The position numbers and the translations under genes were made by a program. Under the pieces are notes generated by a model that did not search any database, was not told the origin of the DNA, and saw nothing but the letters and a program-made list of their open reading frames with translations. Of a stretch of 64,000 bases of DNA, positions 1-11,277 are shown in pieces. Source of the stretch: Paragordius varius (taxonomy: Eukaryota; Animalia; Nematomorpha); contig OZ176056.1 of assembly GCA_964247055.1 (NCBI GenBank), positions 5,146,001 to 5,210,000 on the forward strand, written 5' to 3'. Each line of letters opens with the position of its first letter. Within the stretch, counting starts at the first letter, position 1.

Positions 1-520
1 TTCCAATGATTATATATGTAGTCATAAGTTTGTACCGGTAAATAACATGTAATTTGGAAATGAAATCGATATAATTTATCAAAATATTGTGTATCGTCTT
101 CTACACCTTTTCCCATCTCCAGGTATTATATGGAAGCCGTGCAAAAAAAACTGATTGTCTTTTGCCGCAAACTATGAGACAAGCCATATTACAACATCTT
201 CAAAATAATTAATATGATTCTCTGCAAGGATGTGTCCTATTAATGCAAAATTGTATTTGTCAAATGATCAGTAGATGCTAACGAAAAAATTTGCCATCGA
301 AGCGATTCTAATGTATTTCAGCTGGTTTTGCTAATGAGACAGAGTATTATTATGAAAAAACACGCCATATCTTCTGGCTAAATTATATGGTTTAAAATAA
401 TCATTTGTTGGTGAAAGCGTTGTACCTCCTCAACCCGATTTAAAAAGTTTTAAATAACAATATCGCTCTAGTCCACAGACACAGAACGAGACGTTTGCCA
501 TTGGTGTTGAGAAACCGCTG
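1..520. mobile_element. Possible end fragment of a hAT-family DNA transposon
   Basis: GTTGAGAAACCGCTG at 506-520 is the reverse complement of a CAGCGGTTTCTCAAC hAT-type terminal repeat; the partner end would lie outside the window; no clean ORF. Confidence 0.35.
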
Positions 521-1139
521 GCATGAAAGCCATGATTACCGATTTAATTTGCAAAGTAAAGCGATGTCATATCATATATTAATTCGATAAGTGATCTTTG
601 TCAACGTAAAAGCTTCACAAGTCGCTTTGAAATTTTCGATTTGGAATTCGTAATTTTGTGAAACCTCCAGTAATCTTTTCTATTACTCGTAAACATTTAT
701 TAATTCTTTTTTTTATACATGTAGTGGTTCTGTTTATTAATCATCAATCACTTGCACATAATTGTCTTCGCAACTGTGTGATCTAACAAAGCGCTAACGC
801 TTTTTCACATTGAAATAAGAACTTTTAATATCAAAAATCAATGTTTCACAGGTGTTTATCGATAGATTATGTTCGCCAAATTTTCTGCCACAACCGATAA
901 TTTAAAGCAATGCGTAGAAGAAATGTTTTTTGACATGATTACTATATGCTAAACATAACTAGTTTTTGGTGATAGCTTGTGCGAGTTTAATGTTGTTCCA
1001 TTAATAAAATTAAATACTCAATATTTTTTTTAATATGGAGAAGATTTTTTATATTGTTAAATTTCTCGGTGGTGTCACATACATGCACATATTATATGTA
1101 TATATATATATATATGTCCCTTTTTGGTATACATATATG

Positions 1140-1498
1140 GGAGTATGATAGGTATACAGTGTATGCAGTAAAAGATTGTTAGTGCAAAATAATTTTAATG
1201 AACACAAAACAGGGGGATATTATGGATATGTTTATAAAGAGGGCTGAATGATAATTAATATATAAAAATTGACCCCCTGTTTTGTGTTCATTAAGATTAT
1301 TTTGCACTAACAATCTATTACTGCATACGCTACTGTACAATAAAAACTCATTAATTATTGCCAAATAGCAATGCAACAAAGAAATCATTATTGGCTAATT
1401 GGTAAACATGAAAAAAATAATAAGCCAATAATACTGACCTTTGTGTACATGCTATTTGGCAATAATAACTTTCTATTAATATAAAATTACTCATACTG
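1140..1498. mobile_element. Tc1/mariner-type MITE (family I), interrupted by MITE J
   Basis: Right end TTACTCATACTG|TA at 1487-1500; internal sequence (attattggc...agccaataa...ctatttggca) matches the intact copy at 47712-47882; left end degenerate (agtatga at ~1142). Confidence 0.5.
1157..1335. mobile_element. Tc1-like MITE (family J) with ~60-bp terminal inverted repeats
   Basis: Left arm CAGT-GTATGCAGTAAAAGATTGTTAGTGCAAAATAATTTTAATGAACACAAAACAGGGG mirrors the right arm ending ...CTGCATACGCTACTG; flanked by TA at 1155-1156 and 1336-1337. Confidence 0.75.
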
Positions 1499-1689
1499 TA
1501 AGAACATAAAAATATGTCCCTTCTCGCTAAATATTTTATTGAAGAATTGGTAACATTGCATATGTGTGCATATTTTGATAATTAATTTTTAAGTTTGATA
1601 TATATTTCATAAAAATAATATACAAGGCAAAATTTAAAATTATTTAATCTATATGTGGGCATTACAAGGCACAATATGTATAGTTTTTT

Positions 1690-1950
1690 AAAAAAGGAAG
1701 CTATGATGATCTGATTTAGGCAATTTTCTTAAAGATGCCAGCAAAGTGTAACCGGATGTTTATATTGTGATAGATAACGCCCCAATACACCATGCAAAAT
1801 CTGCAAAATCTATTGAAGACAATTTACTATTTATTCATTATAATATCCAATTAAATCTAAGTGAAAACTTCTTTGCCACAATTAAAAAAGACAGAGATAA
1901 TGTAAAACAATTAAATTATAGAACAATTGTTATTAGATGGCAATGGTGAC
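1690..1950 (+). pseudogene. IS630/Tc1-family (DDE) transposase remnant
   Basis: ORF 1767-1949 and upstream codons give YIVIDNAPIHHAK ... LNLSENFFATIKK, resembling the DNAxxH and NPIENxF motifs of IS630/Tc1 transposases; fragmentary. Confidence 0.5.
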
Positions 1951-3050
1951 ATATAATGATTTCAACAAAAAGTAAGCAAAATAGAAACAATATCTAGATT
2001 TGTATATTTTTATCACAAGACATTTATAGAGTTCAAAGGCAACTACGGTAATTTTATTGATTATATCTTTACAATATGTCCTTTCTCGATATATATTTTA
2101 TAATATATTTGACATTATATACAAATATATATGTGCATGTAGTTATTTATATACCGATGCAACTTTTAAAATAAATAAAAAATGTCATACATATTTAAAA
2201 AATTATACAATAATAATTTTATTATTTACTGTTAATAAAATTGGGGTCGGTATCAAAATGGTCTGTCTATTAACTGACGACTCCTTTTAGTTAACCGGTA
2301 ATGACTTATGACTACACGTGGTATATAGTTCCAGTATTTTAATATATATTTTGTTGTTGTTTTTTTCTGATTTGTCAAACAACTGGTACAGTCGTATGCC
2401 ATAATTTGAATAATGGTGATATGTTTTTAGTCTTTTAATATTGTACGAACAATGCATAGGCTACAATTAATACATTTTAAGGGTTATGACTGCGGCGCAT
2501 TTTAACAAGTTGTTATAACAATATATCATAAAACGAGTAAAACATTACACACATACACCTTACAATCTATATCTTACTAATTACTTGGTTAGTTAGTTTC
2601 TTATTTGTTGTTCATATTAATGTATAAATTACATTTATATAAATTTAGAGTGATCTGTTTGTTTTAACAAAATATTATTATTTTATTATGTAATTAGAAT
2701 GTTGATAACGCCAGTGATTAATTTTAATAGGTTCTGAATCTTAGTAATTTCAAAAATTTATGCATATTTTTTACAACTATATCCAAAATTAAATAGATTT
2801 TTATTTATTTTAAAAAATTAGAATCAAGTATGGTTGTAGGTATAAACGAGTCTAAATAATCACTTAATGAATTTTTATATATATTACGTATAAAGCGCAT
2901 AGTTATATGTATTATTAAAATAAAAAATGGCGTTTTTATAACATAAAAAATGATTGAAACATTAAATAATAGCCCAGAGAGAAAAGGAAAAAAGTGATTG
3001 CATTAAAATCGATAATAAGGTAGTCGTAGAAAAAAAAAATAAAATATTAC

Positions 3051-3475
3051 AATACTGATTTGTCAGGCAGGTATTGAGATGGTATGAAAATGTCATCGAA
3101 AAATCCGAGGGTGACTAAAATTAAAATTTAAGTAACCAATGATTCCATCGGGGGTGTACGATTTGATTTTACCCAAAATTATCTCATCAATAAATGGTGA
3201 AAAAACAACATATCTAAAGTGAACTAAATTATAATAAACATGATACCTCTCGTATATATGTTTGAATCATCTTGTAAAATATGCGAGTCTTCGATTCTCG
3301 ACATATCCCATAAACTGATACCCAAACCTAGGTTTAACATTACCTAAATAAAAGCGCAAAATACTTTATTTGCATATTTTTGATTGATCGCATCTTTTAA
3401 TGTTTCTACAAAGTTATCACCCAGTTTATTAGGAGGGAGCGTGGTTATATCTTTTATGGAGCTCAAAATAAACAT
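3051..3475 (-). CDS. POLR3H: RNA polymerase III subunit RPC8 (C25), coding exons 1-4, 3' partial
   Basis: Exons 3475-3365 (111 nt), 3343-3247 (97), 3223-3137 (87), 3114-3051 (64), joined by GT-AG introns of 21, 23 and 22 nt, give [120 protein letters not shown]. This is recognisably RPC8 (xANKV, VHFRxVVFxPFxDEI, LGFFDDIxIP). A fourth donor (TT|gtaata) follows at 3050; downstream exons were not found in the window. Confidence 0.88.
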
Positions 3476-3689
3476 GCATACATTATACCATATTACACAT
3501 ACCACGTGTATTCATAAGTTTTAAATTAAATTTGTAAGGAAATCAATATTTATTCATAATTTTGTCCACCGTCTAACACACATTTCTCCCATTTTTCAGG
3601 TAATATATGAAGGCCATTCTAAAAAAATTGGCTCTCTTCTGCGGATAGCCACTCATCCAGCCATTATGTCAAAATTTTTCCAGTGCTGA

Positions 3690-4262
3690 CACTTGGATAC
3701 AACACACTCATTTTAGTCCTTCGATTTAAATTGGGGTAGTTGGATACCCCAGACCTGCTTAAAATCAAATAGTTTAAAAGTATGGAAGAAATCGAAACCA
3801 TGGCAAATTTTTGCACTTATATAACATTAATAAACTGAATTATATAAAAAATTTTATTTAAAAATACTTGATATTACTTAGTTTAAGCTAAAACCTAAAG
3901 GTAAAAATTTCGTCAACGTGACATGTGTGAAATGTAAAATTAAAAATAATAGAAAATAAACCGCTTTTTCTATTTCTATCCATGCTAAATGTAATTTATA
4001 TTAAAAATTAGCCTAAGTGTTACCCTTAAAATTAAATGAAGACGATATTTTGCAAAAATTTTGTAAAATAAAAATGGCGTCGAAGTAGTTTAAGATGGAA
4101 CTTTTTTTTCAAAACAAAATTTTATCAAGATATTTTGGCATATATATATAATTTTTATCAGGATAGAAGCAAATTTTAAATAGGAACCGTTTCCCTCAGT
4201 AGTTTTTTAGAAATAATTTAAATTTAGTTTGAGGTATTTAAATACCCCAATTAGCGAAGTAT
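3690..4262. repeat. Dispersed repeat/MITE family G, copy 1
   Basis: Reverse-complement match to ~35975-36550 (e.g. ttcgatttaaattggggtagttggatacccca); partial third copy at ~49250-49560; the two ends share an inverted AATTGGGGTA..ATACC motif. Confidence 0.7.
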
Positions 4263-6946
4263 TAATGTGCTTAAAAATGATTTGTATTAGTCAGATGGTA
4301 TGCGGATGGGAAACTTCCCATCGAAGCGATTTTTGATTTGACGTTCATTCAATTTTTGTGCTACCAAGTTTAATGATTATTTTTAAATGCTTAAATACAA
4401 TTCATTCTTTTTCTGATACATATGATCATTGAATTAGATCATCTTCCTATAACTCTACCAATTGATCGATACAGTTATACTGATTGCGTCTACTGTCTAT
4501 CATATGTAACCAATTTTTATTAATAAAACATGGTTAGTGTTAATTGATAGGGTGTACTCATTGTTTCTGTCAGCAATCGATGCCTTTCAACAATGTGATG
4601 GCACACCGCAAATTCGACAAGATTACCGAATGATAAAAAAAACACTAGTTTATGGAAATCATCTTGTGCTGTTTCCTGTTTAATGGATGAACAAAATCGG
4701 ATTGTATATTATTATACACTATACTTTTGACTGATGTCTTTTTTTAGAAAACCGGTAAATGATAGATTTACTATTTAATTTTATTCGAGATTTACAAAAA
4801 TGTATGCGCTAAATCAGTACTTCGAAATTTTGCGATTATATATAAATCGCAGCTGAGTACCTTCTGTGCCAAAAAATAAAATAAACTTGATTGCCAACAT
4901 TTTTTAACAAAGTTATTATAATAACCTTCCTATTTTTACTTGTTTTTAACATATGATAATTTTAAATATGCCGCCATCCTTGTAAAAGCTCAGGGGAAAA
5001 CACTAAAAATAACTTAAGGACCTTTTATACTTTCATATTTAGCACATCTGGACTATTTTCTTTTACGATTTATCTTTGAGTACCCTTTTAAATAGAAAAA
5101 CTTTTAAAAATCGGTAAAATTTTAAAAATATGGATGATCACTGAGTTGCACAGGCTTTTGACGTTAGTTATTTGAAAACTAGCTGATTTTAGGAGCAAAA
5201 AATTGGGACTTTCGCCCATATCTGAAAACATTTTTAAAAATTTTGCTTTTATTAATAGTTGAGATATATTTTTGGCTATTAAAATGAAACATTTAGCCTT
5301 CACCAAATAAATTTTATTTAAAAAATGATTACATTTATATCTGATATGGGGTATTTACCACAAAATGGTAAATAACTTTATTAAATCTGTCGTAAAGGCC
5401 AAAACTAAAAGCACCATGACTATACTGATACATTTCTTTATCTAAATCTATATATATTTAAATATGGAAAATTCTGGCTTTGTGATCGCGGTAGACCCAT
5501 AAAAATCTAAATGTCGAAAAAATATAATTATTAATGAATGCTCCGACAATAGCTTCGCCCTTTTTGGATTAGGTCTACATTTCGGGCCCATCCGTGTAAA
5601 AAAACGTTTTTTTTGAAAATACAAGTCCACAAAAATCATGTCTTTGAGATATTTTTCCGGAAAAAGTGGTAGACCATTCGATTTAAAATATGATTTTATT
5701 TTACTTATTTTTGATTGCGCCGAACATAGTCGGGCTTTTTTAATTTGGGCCCTCATTTTACCCGCTTCCTCCGTAAAGTGCCACTTTTTTAAAAAAATTA
5801 AGCCCACAAAAATAATTTTATGAATCTATTTTTTGCCCAAAGTATGAGACTGTAAAACTTCATTAATGATTCCAGTTTCCCTTTTAAGTCAAAAGGGTAA
5901 ACAGGTACTCGCCAAAAACTGCCCCTTCATATCAAAATAGCGTGCCTTTGGAGCTAAATTTTAAAAAACCTATCAGGGCATATAAGTTGAATAGGTGAAG
6001 AATATCCGAAACAAGACGAAAATAGGATCGTGCGGTTTTTTAGAATTAGCCGTTAATTAGGCCCATAATACCCTGAAAAATGCGCCGCCATTGAATGACT
6101 TTTCAGTTTTGGTGCAATTTGGTCAAAAATTAATGACAGATGGAAATAATAGGTATTCTCCGTAAAAAGGCAAAAATTTTAATCAAGCGATTTTTTTATC
6201 AACCTCTGGGTATGGAGCTACCCGCCTAAATATGCGTCCATATCGAATGGTTGTTAAGGAGTTAATTTTCAGAAAACTTATCAGGCCACATAAGTATAAT
6301 AAGAGCCTGAAATATTAGCCGTAAAAGGGCGAAAACTTAAGCCGAGCCGTTAATTTTAAAAATAGCCGTTAATTAGGCCTTTTAAGCTCTAAAAAATGGG
6401 ATGTCATTGAACTATTATTTAATTTTCATTTCCAAAAGCTATTAGGCACATATTGAAAGATGTTTTCAGGTATTCCCCTAGAAAGGCAAAAATTTCTATC
6501 GATCGTCTTTTTTATATTAACCTCTGAGTAGCGGTCGCCTACAACTGCGTCCCATATCGATACCGCGTGACTTTGGAGCTAAATTTTAGAAAACCTATCA
6601 CATACAAGTTCAATAAGGGCTTTAAATACCCGTAAAAAGGCAATAATTTAAGTAGAGCGGTTTTAAATTACCCCTTAATTAAGCCCTTACACTGAAGCGC
6701 CACCATAGAATTACTTTTTGGGTAGAAGGAATTTTTCGTAAATCCCGAGAGATATGGAATTAATCATGATTGCAGGCATTACCTGAATTAAGGCAAAAAC
6801 TTTAATCGAGCGTTTTTTGTTTCGCCCATGTTTAGGGGCGACCACCATAAAACTGCATCACCATATCAGCATGTCTTTGGAGCCAAAATTCAGAAAACCT
6901 ATGAGTCCAATAGAAACATATCGAATCCATAATTATTACAGATATT

Positions 6947-9080
6947 AAAATAATAATTTGTATTCTTGTAAAATTTATTGAATTCAAACTATATCCAAAA
7001 TTTTTGATACATGAGAGTATCTTTTTCAATGGATTAACTAAAATAAAAGAAAATAATAATAAGATTAATTTAAACAAAATTTGAAAAATATAATTATAAA
7101 GATAACAAAAAAAAATTCAAAGTGATGTGCATGTGTTATTGTTTTTTCCTTGGCATGGTAAATATTTTGAAGTAATCTGTTTCTTTTAGGAAGTCTTTTG
7201 TGACTTTGTTAAGATCTTTCCTCTCTTCTCTCTGTTGATGAGGTGTATACTGTTTGAATGGATAAAACAGGCCTCCAAAATCAACCTATCGGATAATTTG
7301 TCGGCTTGTGCTACAATGGATGCTGGGCCGAAGGTGTGACCTGTATTGTTGCAATGGTCGTAGATGGCCGAACCTTTTCTGTTGTGTTCTTTTTCTCTAA
7401 TATATATAGGACGTTTAGATTGTCCAATATAGTGCGCTGGACAATCATTACTTCTTTTGTGGCAGACTGGACATTCGTTTTTTGGTTCTCGGCGTGGTCT
7501 TTACAAACTTAATAGATTCTTTGGTGGTTTGTAATAAACACGTACATCCTTTTTTGTAATAATATTGTTAACTTTTTTGGATGTATTGTTATAAGTCAGG
7601 CATATACATTTTTCGGGCGGATTTTGCTTTTCTCTTGGGTTTAATATATTGTTTATTGAATCTCAATGCTTTTTATAACCTTGATCAAGTAATATAAATG
7701 ATTATCATGTTAAAGATATTGATATGTTTTGTTCGTTAGATGTAATCTCTTTATATACAAATATACGAATTGAATTAGCGTTTCAGGCGTTAAAAAAACA
7801 ATAAATGATAACATAGATTATTTTAACAGCCATATCCATCGAAGTGCGCTTTAATCACTAATAAATATTGCGCTGTATAATACTTATTTTATGTTTAATG
7901 ATAGTTTCTATAAGCGAATTCGCGGGACTCCAATGGGTTCACCATTTAGTTCAATCATTGGTGAAATTTGCATGAGACTAATTGAGCAACAGGCTTTTGA
8001 AAAATTTTGTTCAAACCTCTATACCCGTTATGTGGATGATAATTTAATCATCGACACCATTGACAATATAAAAGTTTTTCAAAACATTATCAACAAAATA
8101 TCCGAGTTAAAATTAACAATAGCGGAAGAAAAAAACAACAGTATCAACTTTTTAGACCTCAATCTTACCCGTAGAATCAATAGTATATCCATACAAGTCC
8201 ATTATAAAGACCTTTTCTCTTACCAATTCTTACCCATTACGTCAAACCATCCAGTAGCTACTTATAAAGCCATAAGTAACGCGTTTCTAAAAAGAACGCT
8301 TAGATTACATGACATAAAGATACGAACATCTCAAACATCAGAAATCGTAACCATATTACTTGATCAAGGTTATAAAAAGCATTGGATAACAGATTCAATA
8401 AACAATATATTAAACCCAAGAGAAAAGCATAATCCGCCCGAAAAATGTATTTGCCTGACTTATAACATTACATCCAAAAAAGTTAACATTATTATTACAA
8501 AAAAGGATGTACGTGTTTATTACAAACCACCAAAAAATTTATTAAGTTTGTTATTACCACGCCGAGAACCAAAAAACGAATGTACAGTCTACCACAAAAG
8601 ATGTAATGATTGTCCAGCGCACTATATTGGACAATTTAAACGTCCTATAGATATTAGAGAAAAAGGACACAACAGAAAAGGTTCGGCCATCTACGATAAT
8701 TGCAACAATACAGGTCACACCTTCGGCCCAGCATCCATTGTAGCACAAGCCGACAAATTATCCGATAGGTTGATTTTGGAGGCTTGTTTTATCCATTCAA
8801 GCAGTGTACACCTCATCAACAGAAGAGAAGAGAGGAAAGATTATAACAAAGTCACAAAAGACTTTCTAAAAGAAACAGATTACTTCAAAATATTTACCAC
8901 GCCAAGGAAAAAACAATAACACATGCACATTTTGCATTTTTTTGTTATCATAATTTATAATTATATTTTTCAAATTTTGTTTTAATTAATCTTATTATTA
9001 TTTTCTTTTATTTTAGTTAATCCATTGAAAAAGATAGTCTCATGTATCAAAAATTTGGATATAGTTTGAATTCAATAAAT
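6947..9080 (+). mobile_element. Penelope-like retroelement (5'-truncated, with inverted 3' duplication)
   Basis: Forward copy ~7696-9080; 6973-7695 is an inverted duplicate of 8353-9080; target-site duplication TATTACAGATATT at 6934-6946 and 9080-9092. Confidence 0.9.
7696..8919 (+). pseudogene. Penelope reverse transcriptase + GIY-YIG endonuclease (truncated, frameshifted upstream of 7891)
   Basis: Motifs SLDVISLYTNI (upstream frame), GTPMGSPFSS and RYVDD (RT); VYHKRCNDCPAHYIGQ and RLILEACFI (GIY-YIG-type EN); 342-aa ORF 7891-8919. Confidence 0.9.
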
Positions 9081-11235
9081 ATTACAGATATTCCCTGCAT
9101 GCAAAAATTTTGCCCAACTTTTTCTTATACCTGCCCATGGTACGGAGCCACCCGCCAACTGCGTACTATATAGAAATTGCATCGTTTTGGAGCTAATTTA
9201 CAGAAAATTTATATAGCCATATAAGCTCATTACGAAATATTACCTGTAACTGGGTAAAAAAAGTCAGGCGTTTTTTTATTAGCCGTTAATTTTGGGCCTT
9301 TATGCCCTAAAAATACGCCATCCTATAACGATTATTTATTGTTGAGTATTTTTTCAAATAATCCAGGAGACGATGGTATTAAAGATGTAACATTTACATA
9401 TAAAGGCAAAGAATTTACCTCAGCGCCTTTTCCATATAGATCTAATGGTAGGAGTTTACCGGTTTAAATTGACACGCCATACAATGGCGTGTTTTTGGAG
9501 CTATTTTTTAAAAAACTAAATAAGCCATGTGAGTTCAGTTAAACATATATCTGGGAAATTTGTATAATATCATTATTTTTTCCTTTAAAAATGGACAAAA
9601 AGGGACCACAATTTTTTTATATCCCTTGATCCCAACTGTGTGAACACAATTGGAAAATAAAACTTATAACCATGATTTCGTGAGATAAAAATCTTAAAAT
9701 AAATCTAATGATACAATCTTCTTTAATAAGGGACAGTTTAAATAGGTCAATTTGGAGTAAACAATATTTGAGCCTATGCAAAACCCGTAAAAGAACAATT
9801 TGACATTATTTTTATTAAATATGTTTTTTATTATTTTTTTATCTCCATTACCTCTATTTATTGCAAATTATAAAGAATAATTATCGGTGAAACCACGTCA
9901 CAGCGAAGCGATACATGACCAGCTAATATATATATATATATATATATAAACATATATTAATTCTCAGAATATTTTTTTGTGGATTTCATACATAATTTTT
10001 TACAGAAAATGTGTGAAAATTTTACCAATGTTATTAAGGTTGCAATATCTAATTTATATCATTAATAATTTATATCTGATTTAACTGGGTCAATATTTGC
10101 CCTATATATATTAAACTTAATCGTATTAACAAACAGTGTTATAAATTTATATAAATGTCTTGCAAAGGGGATATTTGTTGTTTATACATAGGTTGACCTT
10201 GGTAATAGCCGAAGCCCTTTTGTTTTATATTTAGTTGTATTAGGAGGTATCTCCTTGTCGTTATGATTGTTTACTCTTTTATAACCTTCTTTACATTGAT
10301 CAAAACTAATTCAACCCAAAAATACATGGACTATACTATTTAAATTTCGTTTATATTTTTAAAGGATTATATGTATGCCAGATTAAATTTCGCAAGACAC
10401 ATATCCTAATTAATAAACCGAAAATATATTTATATGTCAAATAATTTATTATTCAATTTAAATCATATAATCGTATCTCGGATTTACAATCCGTTTTAAA
10501 TCTATTACAAATATGTTATTGATTGAACTAAACTCTTTTAAGAAATGTTTATGTTATCATCAATAAAATTTCAACCCAACCGAATATGGCTTATAAAACG
10601 TTACATAAATGCGATGCTATTATTTATTATTCTGATTATGACAGGTAATTAATTATTTGAAAATATAATATCATTTAGTAGACAAAGGCTTTTAAGTCAA
10701 ATTAAAGGAGGGTCTCATAGCCTGAAATACATTTACGGTAATAAGCAGTTTTCCAACCAGGTAATAAAACAAAACATTTACCTAACAAATTATTTTAGTG
10801 TTAATAAGTATAAATCAATTACAAAAATCAGATATTTAATTTAATGTTATATTTTGCATCAAATATTAAATTCAATAACATTATTTTAAATTAATTTTAG
10901 GCACGTGATAGTTGTTGTTTTAGCTGGCTTTATAAATGGTCATGGTCACTGTCATTATTTAATAAGATTGAACGCTACTCATGACTAAAGAGTTTGTTCA
11001 AATGTTACGTGCGAAAATATTTTAACAAGTGTTATCTTAATTATAATTAATTAATATTAATGCGATTATTTAATATAACAGAAATTTTATTTGAGATATT
11101 TCAGTACAAATTGATTAGGTCTTAAACATTTATCGTTTTCTAAAATAATGAATAGAAAAAAGTAAGGAATATATGGGAGCGCTTAATCCCTTTTTGTGTG
11201 TCCAAAAATATAAAATATACATACTAATTAAAGTA

Positions 11236-11237
<2 letters not shown>

Positions 11238-11273
<36 letters not shown>
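11238..11273. repeat. (TA)n microsatellite
   Basis: Perfect dinucleotide run; similar runs occur at ~9927-9948, 13146-13175, 18195-18220, 26090-26112, 27628-27660, 34622-34640, 35082-35103 and 50475-50510. Confidence 0.95.

Positions 11274-11277
<4 letters not shown>

Larger units (their letters stand above)
5447..9926 (+). mobile_element. Non-autonomous Helitron (copy A) containing a Penelope insertion
   Basis: Starts A|TCTATATATATTT (TC at 5447-5448) and ends CTAA|T (9923-9927, CTRR) with a GCGAAGC mini-hairpin at 9903-9909; colinear with the reverse complement of 50515-52867; no RepHel ORF; interior of diverged tandem ~155-bp units. Confidence 0.75.

Noticed and set aside
95-150. Minus-strand NTWRWEKV as POLR3H exon 5 (WVWEY-like)
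   Set aside because: Upstream residues do not match DExEQ, a stop follows immediately and there is no suitable acceptor.
2287-2460. 58-codon open minus-strand frame after a tgtag acceptor, downstream of POLR3H
   Set aside because: Wrong phase for POLR3H exon 5 and no RPC8 similarity; cannot be supported without transcripts.
5448-5823. ORFs 5448-5807 (-) and 5638-5823 (+)
   Set aside because: They lie in the Helitron 5' module; the frames are not preserved in the homologous modules at 52.5-54.0 kb and show no recognisable motif.
7306-8748. Near-identical 64-68-aa ORFs 7306-7512 (+) and 8554-8748 (-)
   Set aside because: Antisense frames of the Penelope endonuclease region, duplicated by the inverted repeat.
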